Of a DNA stretch of 64,000 bases, positions 50,299 to 62,481 are shown one piece after another (within the stretch, counting starts at the first letter, position 1; each line of letters starts with the position of its first letter). The position numbers and the translations under genes were made by a program. The stretch comes from Chrysemys picta bellii (lineage: Eukaryota): NCBI RefSeq assembly GCF_011386835.1, contig NC_088801.1, positions 14,632,001 to 14,696,000 on the forward strand, in the 5' to 3' direction. The notes beneath the pieces were generated by a model that searched no databases, was not told the DNA's origin, and worked only from the letters and a program-made list of their open reading frames with translations.

Positions 50299-50916
50299 CA
50301 TGGACTGGTGGGACCGCATAGTGCTGCAGGTCTGGGATGAATCCCAGTGGCTGCAAAACTTTCGGATGCGTAGGGAACTTTCCTGGAACTTTGTGAGTTG
50401 CTGTCCCCTGCCCTGAAGCGCAAGGACACCCGGATGCGAGCAGCCCTGAATGTCCAGAAGCGAGCGGCCATAGCCCTCTGGAAGCTTGCAACGCCAGACA
50501 GCTACCGGTCAGTCGCGAACCAATTTGGAGTGGGCAAATCTACCGTGGGGGTTGCTGTGATGCAAGTAGCCAACGCAATCATTGAGCTACTGCTCTCAAA
50601 GGTAGTGACCCTGGGAAATGTGCAGGTGATCATAGATGGCTTCGCTGCGATGGGATTCCCAAACTGCGGTGGGGCTATAGATGGAACTCACATCCCTATC
50701 CTGGGACCGTACCACCAGGCCAGCCAGTACATTAACCGAAAGGGCTACTTTTCAATGGTGCTGCAAGCACTGGTGGAGCATAGGAGACATTTTACCAACC
50801 TCAACGTCGGATGGCCGGGCAAGGTTCATGATGCTCGCGTTTTCAGGAACTCTGGTCTGTTTAGACGGCTGCAGGAAGGTATTTACTTCCCGGACCACAA
50901 AATAACTGTTGGGGAT
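50299..50916 (+). pseudogene. Harbinger (HARBI1-like, DDE_Tnp_4) transposase fragment
   Basis: ...IALWKLATPDSYRSVANQFGVGKSTV...CGGAIDGTHIPI...YINRKGYFSMVLQALV...GWPGKVHDARVFRNS...KITVGD. Frameshift near 50365; C-terminal catalytic part missing. Confidence 0.92.
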
Positions 50917-51078
50917 CTTCTCGTAGATCTTTGCATTCCATTTTTTCGATCGCAGCTCCGAAAGCACGGACTCATCGCCCCACACAGCGATCAGATCCAA
51001 GACTTCCCGATCAGTCCATGCTGGGGCCCTCTTTCTATTCTGCGATTGCATGGTCACCTCTGCTGGAGAGCTCTGCAT
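50914..51078 (-). pseudogene. Harbinger Myb/SANT-like DNA-binding protein, N-terminal fragment
   Basis: MQSSPAEVTMQSQNRKRAPAWTDREVLDLIAVWGDESVLSELRSKKWNAKIYEKI, a trihelix/Myb-like pattern typical of Harbinger ORF2. Convergent with the transposase. Confidence 0.88.
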
Positions 51079-53307
51079 TGTTGCCAGTGCAGCTGAGCTC
51101 GCCACGGTGTCCAAACAGAAAATGAGATTCAAACTGGCCAGACAAGAAAAGGAATTCAAATTTTCCCGGGGCTTTTCCTGTGTGGCTGGTGGCTGGTCAG
51201 AGCATCCGAGCTCGGACTGCTGTCCAGAGCGTCAACAGAGTAGTGCACTGTGGGATAGCTCCCGGAGCTATTAGCGTCGAATTCCATCCACACCTACCCT
51301 AATTCGACATGGCCATGTCGAATTTAGCGCTACTCCCCTCGTCGGGGAGGAGTACAGAAATCGATTTAAAGAGACCTCTATGTCGAACTAAATAGCTTCG
51401 TTGTGTGGACGGGTGCAGGGTTAATTCGAGTTAATGCTGCTAAATTTGACATAACCTCCTAGTGTAGACCAGGCCTTACATGCATGCAGCTCCATGGAAA
51501 TCAATAGGGTTCCACAAGTGTAACAGAGAATAGAGTTTGGCCCAAGGGGTCTGTAGTGTGTGAATGTGAGTGTGTCCCCCCCACACACACACACACACCC
51601 TGTTCTGCAAGGAGCCTCTCACATACATTATGTTGGAGTCTGACTAAGAACGAGTAGTCAGCAGTGTCTGCCTCTTCTTTATTGCAAAATCCAGACAACT
51701 ACATCAGGTACAACTGTGCATCTGAGTATCATCTTAACAGTAAAAAAGGTCTTTATTTTATAAACAGTATATAGCAAATATATCTGTACAAAATACCCTA
51801 CAAATCTCCTGGAAAGCCTTCTTGAAAGTGCTCCATCCATACAGAAGGCCTCTGGAAGGTCTTCAGACATGTGGAAAAGTAAGCACATTTCCCACAGATT
51901 TCCTTTATTCTGGCAGCTAAGGCAGCTGTCTTGTCTCTTCTTCAAAGAAGGAGGCAGACTAGCCATTCTGGTTAGCATGCAGCTGGGACACATGCAAAAA
52001 TCAGAACAACTGATGTGTTTTGCAACATATGGGAAGCTTGTTATGCACAAAGGGGCAGCACACTGTGAATGTTTCCAATATCTCGGCAAGAGTACAACCT
52101 GCTATAGATAAGTTGTATAAAATTGGCTTTTCAACAAGTTTGGCATTTCGTAGACAGAAGCATAACAAAGCAGTAGCAATGTTAAACTATCAGCTCACAT
52201 CTGTTCTTACATGTGAAAAGGGTTATTACTTATCTCACATTATGGATGGAATATAAAATCCTAGGGACGATATCAGTGGCAGTTTTTGTTTGCTTTATTT
52301 GTTTATTTTACTGCTTGCAGAAGGTGCTGGATCACCAGCTCCAGAGACTAAAGCCCTTTATTTATCTACTGAACAGGTGCAGCATGGACAGTCACAGCAC
52401 AAGTTTCCCCACACCAGCCTGCCAACATGTCTCAGCAGTGATCTAGTCTCCATACACGTTCAGTCCTTGGCACCTCTGCTGAGACTGCTACCTAGGGAGT
52501 GGTGTAGTGCCAACGACGCTGGTGGTTTCTGTGATATGGAGACCTGCCCACTAGGAACATGACCAAGACAACCACATTACATCATACACCAAACAGCCAC
52601 AGACACCCATCATATTGTAGGATTTAGGTTTTAAATAATGCCACTGACATTATAGGTTTGATCACTACCAAATTAGGCCAGATTCAGAAGACCTAGACGT
52701 GAAGGGCCTCCTACTGCATTATTAATTCCATTGGACATCCAGATTCTAACAGGAGTTAAACGAAACTAAAACACAGGAAATCAATGCAGGAACAAAGAAC
52801 TTCAGCAGCATACTTTAAAAAAAAAAAAAGAAAAGAAAAGGAAGGTTTGTGCGAATTTAAATGCGCTAAAACAATGAAGAGAAAGGTCACAGAAAGGAAA
52901 TTGAAAATGTATAGACATAAAGTAATGCATTTCCCAAGCATTATGTGTGTGTCATTTGGCAATAAATACAATAGAAATCAAAACAAGGTCAAGATGAATG
53001 GATAAGCAAGTGGGAAGAAAGAAGCACATGCCAGCCTAAGCAAATGACTGGAAGGATTGGAGAATTAAATAAGAAAAATGAGGAGGGAAAAAAGGTAGGG
53101 GGTGCAAATATGGTTGCTCACCCTGGGCCCTAAAATGCCTACTGACTGCGCTGCCCTCATCCCCCAGGGGAAGCCAGCAATCTCACAGGCCTTGGCCTCT
53201 CTGACCTGCCCCTCTCCTCCTCGCTTTTTAAACTCTTTCGTCACCATGGTAGTTTTTGGGAAGGGTGGGAGGACCTCAGTTTCACAATTTGCCCTGGGTC
53301 TCCAAAA

Positions 53308-53759
53308 CAGGGTTGCCACCCGTCTGGTTTTACCTGGACAGTCCAGTTTTTGGCTTCTGTGTCCAGGTGCCATTTAGAGTTCCCAGGTGTCTGGTTTATT
53401 ACCAGAAAGTCAAGTCAAAAAGGGGACCTGGCAGCACACCCAAAGTCTGGTTACTGCAGGGCGGGGGAGGTGCCAGGCCATCAACCTGTGCCAGCCCCTG
53501 CTCAACTAGGGCTGCCTCTTACTTGCAGGCAGGCTCCTTGTCAAGCTGCAGCTGCTCCTGTCCCAGCCCCGGAACAGAGGGAGCCCAGCGGGGGTAGGGT
53601 GGAGGAGGTGGAGACAATCCAACGAGCGACAGGGGGAGGGTGCAGAGGAGTGAGGTACAGTGGCTGGGACCTTAGGGAGGAAGAGGCAGGGCGGAGCCTT
53701 GGGGAAGAGGTGGGGTCTCAAGGGACCAGTTATCAGCAATTAGAAAGGTGGCAACCCTA
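53308..53759. mobile_element. hAT-like MITE
   Basis: TIRs CAGGGTTGCCACC / GGTGGCAACCCTA; TSD degenerate. Confidence 0.75.
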
Positions 53760-53858
53760 TCTGAAAAACCTCTGTGCAGCCATGCTTTAGGAGTCTTAGC
53801 CAATAGCCTCAGTTGAAAGCCTCCTGTCATTATATCATGTTTAACAAACATGCATAAG

Positions 53859-55207
53859 TGTGACGGGATCCCTGCGGTGCAGCCTGGGATTGTGGGACCA
53901 CTGTGCCCCTTTAACTCTCTCCAGCCTAGGCTGTCTCTCACAATGCCTTGCTAGTGACAAGCAGCAAACCACTCCAGGTGCTGTTCTCACTCAGCACAAC
54001 TGCATGTGGAGCCCCACACCCAGCTAGACTGCATGAATGCTCCCAGACCCACTCATAAATCACACAGTAAAAGGCACCAGCCAAATCCCCCCAGCTCCCA
54101 GCGCTGTACCTCAGGAATATACTGTCTTGCACTGCTCAAGACGAGCAGTGCAAATGTATTAATTGGTTCACCACTTCATCAAAGGAAAGTGGATATACAC
54201 CGGCCTTTGTAAACCTAGCAAACATCCTTACCAAACACTTCAGGCAAACTCATTGGTGAAGATAAACAGTTAAACCAATGTATTAACTACGAAAATATAG
54301 ATTTTAAGTGATTATAAGTGATAGGCAAAAAGTCAGAGTTAGGGCTAGGCTACACTGGAAATGTGGCTTGTGTAGTTGCGGCAGAGTGCTGGGAGAGTTC
54401 TCTCCCAGCGCTCTAGAAAAACCACCTCCAGGAGGGGCGTAGCTATGCTCCCAGCGCTGGTGCACTGTCTACACTGGCACTTTACAGCACTGAAATTTGC
54501 TGTGCTCCGGGGGGTGTTTTTTCACACCACTGAGTGAGAAAGTTGCAGTGCTGTAAAGTGCCAGTGTAGACAAGCCCTATGTTACCAAAAGAAAAGAAAA
54601 TATAAGTACGCAGTCTAAACTCTCAACCCTATGTTTTTCTCACCCCACTGAATATTGCAGTTAATAGTACATGGTTTTTACCCTTGAAACCTGGGCCAGT
54701 CCCCTCTGTTGGGGATTTCAGTCCTCTGAGTGTCCTTGTTGCTTGCAGTGTGTTCTGTTTTATACCCTTAGTCGATGTGTTTGGAGAACACAAGTCCAGG
54801 CGTGTCTGGTGGGCATTGCTGAGTCACCAGGCAAGATTGAGCAATTCCCCTGGCATGGACTCATGCAGGCGAGTCATTGAATTGTAACTTGCTTGCTGAA
54901 CAATGGCTGTTGATGGTTGTTTGACACCCGCCTGGGCGTGAGTTACTTTCCTTGCTGTTGTCTCTGGGGAGCTAATATCTGGCTGATTCCCCAACTTACA
55001 GCATGATTTACTGACAACCATACAACACACTCTCATAAGTTCACATGCACTAATGATGTACATATTTAGATAGAACAGTGACTTTCACCAGATCATAACC
55101 TTTCCCTTGATGCCTTATATGTCATGCTTTATATGCAAGATCACAATTATATATAAATGTGGAATATGGGGGTTACAGGATGCTCTCCCAAGGTATAGAA
55201 TGTCACA
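53859..55207. mobile_element. Solo LTR with a nested MITE
   Basis: TGTGAC...GTCACA termini and a perfect 5-bp TSD ATAAG (53854-53858, 55208-55212). Confidence 0.88.
54342..54577. mobile_element. Harbinger-type MITE inside the solo LTR
   Basis: TIRs GGGCTAGGCTACACTGG / CCAGTGTAGACAAGCCC; TTA on the left. Confidence 0.85.
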
Positions 55208-57314
55208 ATAAGCATAAGTAAAAGATGTTTATCTGAACCAGTTTATATCTTGCTTTGGATCTTCATGTAGCCTAAAGCATAGCTTTTTAGTTTGGTTATA
55301 ACAAAGTTCAGAACTCATCCTCACTGACTGGTCAAACCATGTTATAAGTAGTCATGGTCGGAAAGTTTGAAAATTGTCAAATTTTTGAAGCAAAATGGAC
55401 AAAATATTTTCCAATACATTATTTTCCATGGAGATTGATTTCACTTTTAAAGTCAGTTTTACTTATAACGTGTTTTAGCCACAGCTGTATTGAAAAACAT
55501 CTACCAAACGTGTGACTGCAGTTCAGTAGTTGGTAATGTGATTATATAAATGCTTCAGGATTAATGGATCCATAGCCCAGAAACCTACTCGACATAGTTT
55601 TCACCACAACTGTAAAGGGAGGAATTATTCATCTGTATTTAGTTAATTAAACTATTATATTCACAATCGATATGGAGAAATTATGTACTTCACAAATGAA
55701 GGTAATGCCTAGAGTGGCTGCATGATATAAATATTAGCAAAAAGGGCCCTTAGATAGTAGGTTTTGTACTGTAGATTGATCTGGCCTAAACATTAAACCC
55801 TTTTCCCTCCTCCCTTTTAGTTTTGCCGCTTTTGCTATAATCTTTGTTAGAAACTGATTGGAAAGACTTGTCCGAGTCTTCTACAGTCATCCATCAATCA
55901 GTGTCAGCAATGAGTCCTGAAGCAGTCCTGGTTTTACAACTGTCTACACTGTTGTTTTAGCTCCTCTTTCTGGAAAAAGCATTGATAATAATCCAGCTGT
56001 ATTTTTTCAGAACATTGGAGCGGAACCCTTCAAATCTGGGTGGAGTTTGAATCCAGATCTAATCTTTATGCCTTGGGCCCATGTCCAGATTTTCACAATA
56101 ACAAAAAATGTTTCTGTTTTCAGCATTAGCTTTATGATGTTTTACCTTGTTTTATTTAAGGTTGCCCCAGGGCTTTTGAGCATACATTCTTTTTGAAGTC
56201 TGATTCAGCAAGTTACTTATACACGCATTGCACCTTAAACATGTCAGTAGTCCTACTGAAGTCAATGGGAATATAAATGTGCTTAATGACAGGAATGTGC
56301 CTCGATACCTTGGTGATATGGAGGCACTGAATTAAAGCATGGTTTAGACAGGATCTCAGGTTTCCCCTTATCCCTTTGTTCCTGTTTATTATGGCACTGT
56401 ATTTCGGAAACAGTCTCTGATGGTATAAATTGGCCCTACTCCACTGGAGTGGCATTGATTTATACCAGTAAAGAATTTGGGGTGTGTACTCTCAAGGAAC
56501 CCAAATAATATTTCCATACTTGTGTTTGGATTTTTATTTTTTTTGGATGAGATCTGGGCTTCTGATGGTATTTCCATCATCCAAGTATTGAAGTGCTCTG
56601 AGCAGGCCAGGTCTTGCATAAACAGAAATCACATACAAATAGAAATACTGGAAACACAAAGTAGTATTAGAACTTATGTCTTTTATTACTTACTCACTGG
56701 ATCCTTTACAGACTGGAAAAGTAGGATGAGAAACCTCTTCCAAGAACAATATTAAGTCATTCCATAGAAGGTGCTAAAATATAATGATTGACCATCTGTT
56801 TTCAATATGAGCAAGCAGTCTCTTTTTATAGAGTTGTGATCAAATTCCAGTAGGTAACATTCTCTGAGTTATCTGATATTCACATTGTTTTTATTTCTGT
56901 TCCTTAGGTAAGTGTTGAGCTCCATGTCCATTGTTCATATAATATAATCACTTTGCAAAATTATACCAACCTTTATTAGTACAATGTGAGAAATTATCAC
57001 ATATTCCTTCTGAAAGTTTTATGAAGATCTTCCATTCCAAATAAATTCAAAGACACGAACAGGGAGTGGCAGTTGCACATGGTAGAAACAAGACGCATTT
57101 CTGGAGTGTGTAGCGCCAATCTGTTTCAAGGTAACCTTCTCATACAATTTCTCAATGGAAATTCCCCAATGCTTAGCACAATCTTGCTGCCATTCAATGT
57201 GCAGTGGAGCAAAGATAATGTTTCATGCTACTAAATGGGATTCCAATTGTGTACGGTCAAAAAGTTTTATGGCATTTTGTTGCTTTCTGTTGAAAACTGA
57301 AACCTGTTATAATT

Positions 57315-57893
57315 TAGTGCTTCCCAAACATTTTACTACGATGACCCACCAACTGCATTTTGTCTTTTTTTGCAAATCTCCCCCCCACACACACACACCA
57401 TTACATCTATGCACCCTCTGCCCTGGCACCGCAATTCTAATCCCAGGCTGGGGCAGAGGAGAGGCTCCAGGGCTGAGGGTTGGAGAGCAATCCCACCCCA
57501 CTCTCACCCCTCAGTGGCAACTCCTGTCCTGCGGGTCTGGGCCCAGCTTCCTGCTCCAGGCATTGTGACCTAGTGCATGGGATCACAGTGTCACTTGGGC
57601 AGCCGGGCCAAACCTGAATGACACTGAAATCCCATGCACCAGGTCACAACACCCAGAGCAGGGAGCCAGGCCCACCCCTGTGGGACAGAAACTGCTGCTG
57701 CAGGCTAAGTGCAGGGTGGGCTTGCTCTTCAACCCCCTCCTCTAGGCCTCCCGTCCATACTGTGCCAAGAGAAATGTATGTTTGCCTAGGCTGGGGCCCG
57801 GTGGTGGGTTAATCCAGCCTTGGATGTGGTGACCCATCTGGAGCCTTCCCACAACCCACTGGTGGGTCGGGACCCACTGTTAGGGAAACACTG
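57315..57893. mobile_element. Degenerate hAT MITE
   Basis: TIR-like TAGTGCTTCCCAAAC / GTTAGGGAAACACTG; no TSD match. Confidence 0.6.
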
Positions 57894-58079
57894 CATATGG
57901 GGTAAACTGAAGGATGCTTTGTCTAGAACCTCAATGATTATCTGCAGTCTCAGAAATAGTGGTCTAATCTTGACAATCAACTTGATCCTCCATCAAACAC
58001 CTTCAGACAGGACTTGATCTCCAGTGGGAATATTAGAACATTGGTGAGTGAATCATATTTTATTAGTGTCCTTGTGCTG

Positions 58080-58386
58080 CTTCACACAATGCACAACCTG
58101 TGGAACTCATTGCCAGGTGATGTTGTGAAGACCAAAAGTATAACTGGATTCAAAAAAGAATTAGATAAGTTCATGTAGGGTAGGTCCATCAATGGCTATT
58201 AGCCAAGATTGCTAAGACTGTGACTGCCAGAAGCTGGGACTGGATGACAGGAGATGGATCATTTGATAATTGCCTTGTTCTGTTCATTCCCTCTGAAGCA
58301 TCTGGCATTGGCCACTGTCAGAAGACAGGATACTGGGCTAGATGGACCATTGGTCTGACCTAGTATGGCCATTCTTATGATCTTAT
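58080..58386 (+). mobile_element. CR1 LINE 3' end
   Basis: AACCTGTGGAACTCATTGCC (end of ORF2) through the tail repeat TTCTTATGATCTTATG. Confidence 0.88.
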
Positions 58387-58903
58387 GCTTCAGCAATACT
58401 GTCATTACTCCTGGCTTTCTCTTTCACTGCATATAAATAAGAAATCTGATTTGTGTTCTATTTAATTTATTCCTAAATAAGAAATCTCATTCTTATTCAT
58501 TTGGAGGATATGAGCTTCAAATGCTTTACTGAGATTTTCTTGTCTGCTTTGGTAACAAATATGCTACCTGTGCTCAGGACCGTGTCTTCCATCACCAAAT
58601 AAAATGTGTTGTGTTCATTTGACTTTTGTGTATAATAAAACACTCTGAATGAAAGTGTCTCACTGGTGACTAAGCATGCTCAAACACCAACCTTTCATTT
58701 TTAAAGTCCTCCATTCAAATGCTGGCTCTGGCTCAAAATAAAAATATAACCTGTAGTTTTATACTGCTCCATGATGGACATATATCCAAATCAGTAAGCC
58801 ACCCCACTATGTGTGATATCAGAGACTCAGTACTAAATTACTGCATGTCAGGCTTGAAGTTTATTGGTAGAAATGTGTGGGAAAACTTGTACAGGACTGT
58901 TCC

Positions 58904-59462
58904 TGATGATCTGGGAAAAGGGGTAAACAGTGAGGTGGCAAAGTTTGCAGATGATACAAAATTACTCAAGATAGTTAAGTCCAAAGCAGACCGCAAAGAG
59001 TTACAAAGGGGTCTCCCAAAACTGGGCAACACAATGGCAGATGAAATTCAGTGCTCATAAATGTGAAGTAATGCACATTGGAAAACATAATCCCAACTAT
59101 ACATACAAAATGATGGGATTTAAATTAGCGATTACCATTCAAGAAACAAATGTTGGAGTCATTGTGGATAATCTCTGAAAACATCTGCTCAATGTGCAGC
59201 AACAGTCAAAGCTAACAAAATGTTAGGAACCTTTAGGAATGGGATAGATAATAAGACAGAAAATATCATATTGCCTCTATATAAATCAATGGTACCTCCA
59301 CACCTTGAGTACTGCATGCAATTCTAGTTGCCCCATCTCAAAAAAGATATATTAGAATTGGAAAATGTACAGAGAAGGGCAACACAAATGATTAAGGATA
59401 TGGAACAGCTTCCATATGAGGAGAGATTAAAAAGACTGGGAGTGTTCACCTTGGAAAAGAGA
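58904..59462 (+). mobile_element. CR1 ORF2 reverse-transcriptase fragment (disrupted)
   Basis: DDLGKGVNSEVAKFADDTKLLKIVKSKAD (FADD RT motif), then frameshifts and stops. Confidence 0.9.
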
Positions 59463-62195
59463 TTGGTTTGGAATTATATAATGCTATTGTGAACAAATCC
59501 TTTACATTTTAAATGGTGTCTTATGTACAACTTTAGAAACCACAGTTCTTCAGCTCAGAAAGGTGATGCGTGCGCTTTTCGGGGCAGGAACCATATTTTT
59601 GTTGCATGTGTGTATGTATATATAGGGCCTATGGGGATCTCTAATTGCTACTACTATTTCTATGGGACCAGATTGTGAACCCTTAGTCACTTTAGTGAGC
59701 AGTTACTTACATGAGTAGTCCCAGTGAAGCCAATGCTTCCCAACAGGAGTCAGGGGCTCACCAAATGGTCCCTAATAAATAATAATAATAATTATACTAA
59801 TAAATTTTTGCTATATTTAGTTTTTCTAATACTTGTAATGTGCTCAGATACTATGGTGACTGTGGTATGAAATACAGAGATGTTAGATTTTAAAATTAGA
59901 TAATAATAGTATCAAGGGAATTCATGCTTTGAATGATCCACCTCTCCATCCTTTAAAATTGCATATGCCTTTTACAATCTCTCTTGATCAAGCCGTTTCA
60001 TTTGTTGTGTGTGCAGCTAAACATTAAAGGTGACATCATCCAACACTGCTCCATCACTGGTTGAGAACCCAGGCAGAAAGACAGATGAGACTTTCCTTTG
60101 TGACATTCCCATCTACAGATAGGTATGAATGGGTAGAACTAACCTTTTGTAATACCCACAATTTTCTGTAGTTCTAATTTTTATTGTGCCTGCTTCTTGA
60201 AAGATGATAAGACTTATTCATAGAATTCACACTCCAGTGGTTTGATAAATATATAAAAGGCTGAAAAGGTGTTTTTTTGGTGCAGTGCCAGTTATTCATC
60301 AGGTCTCAGTTTTCCTTGCATTTGGTTCTGAGGGTTTTTTTTATTATTATTATTATTAGACATTTTTGGCTGACTTCTTTGATCCTTCCCCTACTAATAT
60401 CCACAAAGAAAAATAGTGCTTGGGTCAAGTAAAACTAAATGTGGCGTGACAAAAATATGTTTATATACTTTTATTATATTATCTCTTATTCCCTATCTGA
60501 CAAATGAGAAGGACAGAATATTGTAAAGCGATATTCTATACCAAGCGCAATGCTTATCAGTTATTTTCCTTTGACCTTCTGCCTTAGAAAATTCATTCAC
60601 TTGAGCTGTTCACACAGAGAACATTAGGGAAAAAATAATGTTAGCACTAGTGAATATAATCTCTGCTGGAAAGCTGGGCAATTATTCAAAGGTCTAATCT
60701 CATCTCTTCTTTCATTTTTATATGGCAAGCCTACATTTAAAAGCACTAGATATACCGTGCTACTGCCTTGCACCTTCAAGCCACGTAAATAAATGATGCT
60801 AAGTGCCACCAAGAGTGAAAGAGCTTATAATGAGAAGTGTGAGTCGACATGTGCCCCATTCATCATTCTGTTCAGTCCTATATTGGGGCTCTTTTTATCA
60901 GCAGTATTCGTAGCAATGTCATCACCTCTGGTATAAATCTTCTGTCAGTGTCTGTCGTCCTGATGCCCTATTAAACTCATGCTCTCACATAATCACTGAA
61001 TGACCTTTGGATGTCTTTCATTAACCTCTGACCTGAACCCTGCTGGCAGCTTGTTGGCAGGTAAATCTGTAACATGACATTTGCTTAAGTATCTACATCT
61101 ATCCTTGCTTAATATTTGGGCCTTTCACATTTTTGTTCTGAAGCTAAGATATAGTTGGGACCACAGAGAACAGTGGGTGTTTTTCTTGGATCTAAAGCTT
61201 TGAAACAAAATATGTTAAGTTACAACATGACCTAAGTGTCCACGAATAGCTTTTCTGACATTTTCTACTGGTGGTTACTGAATCCTATTAATCCTATTAA
61301 TTGTAAATTGAAGCAAGGTTTTAGTCTCACAAATAATATGCTCTTTTCTGACAAAAGTTCATTTTCTTTCAAATATTTTTCTCTTGCTGTGCTCCGCTAA
61401 TGAGACTCGGAACTGATTAATTAAAACTAAATTGTGCAGCTGTGACACAGCTCAGCCTAAAAGTTCTGGCTTTGGAGAGGATGCCTGTTGCACAGTTCAG
61501 TGATTTTAAAGGAGAAAAGTTTTCATCTACTAAACTCAGCATGGACTTGTAGCCAGGAACTCCTGAGTGCTCATCCTGACTCTGCCTTTTTTTTTTTTTT
61601 GCAAAGCCCTGGAAAGTTGTTTGCTTTTTCTGTGTCTCAGTTACCCCATTAGTAACATGGGGTGTTGTAAAAACTGATTACAGTGAAATTCTGCTCGCTA
61701 AAGTGACTTCATAAACATGGAATCTATATACTCAGCAGATCTCCTCCCTCTGTGTATTCATATACATGCTGATAAAAATAAGCTTTAATTACTTTTTATT
61801 CCTACTAAGCCCATAGAACTGATCCAGATAAGAGTGAGGTGGGTTACCTATGCCAATGGGAGAACCCCTCCTGTCAGCGTAGGTAGTATCTACACTGAAG
61901 CGCTACAGTGACACGGTTTAAGTGTAGACATACCCTTAGGCCCAGACCCTCAAACGACATTTAAGTGTCTCATGGAAAGCAATTACGTTAGAGTTATGTG
62001 CCTAAATACCTTTGAGGATATAGGTCTACGTTCCTAGCAGTTACATCTCTGTGAACCATTGAACAAAGGTATCCTCACCAGCTTGCCTCCTGCAGGGGTG
62101 GAGGCGAATGGCTATACTATGTGACTGTCTGGAAGCAGGATAATTATGGCCCCATGTGGCTGTGGGTGACTATGGCACTGGCTAACAGTAACTGA

Positions 62196-62481
62196 GGGTA
62201 TGTCTACACCCAGCCGCTAATTCGGCGGCTGGCAATCGAAGTTCTGGGTTCGACTTATCGCGTCTTGTCTGGACGCGATAAGTCGAACCAGGAAGTGCTC
62301 GCCGTCGACTGCGGTACTCCAGCTAGACGAGAGGAGTACCGCGGAGTCGACGGGGGAGCCTGCCTGCCGCGTATGGACCGAGGTAAGTTCGAACTAAGGT
62401 ACTTTGAACTTCAGCTACATTATTCACGTAGCTGAAGTTGCATACCTTAGTTCGATTTGGGGGTTTAGTGTAGACCAAGCC
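62196..62481. mobile_element. Young CpG-rich Harbinger-type MITE with internal hairpins
   Basis: TIRs GGGTATGTCTACAC / GTGTAGACCAAGCC; three internal inverted repeats. Confidence 0.9.

Larger units (their letters stand above)
50194..51475 (+). mobile_element. Internally deleted PIF/Harbinger DNA transposon
   Basis: TTA on both sides (50191-50193, 51476-51478). Right TIR TAGTGTAGACCAGGCC; left TIR damaged. Carries transposase and Myb/SANT fragments. Confidence 0.93.

Noticed and set aside
58719-59060. 113-aa ORF with an FADD motif
   Set aside because: Disrupted CR1 reverse-transcriptase remnant, not a host gene.
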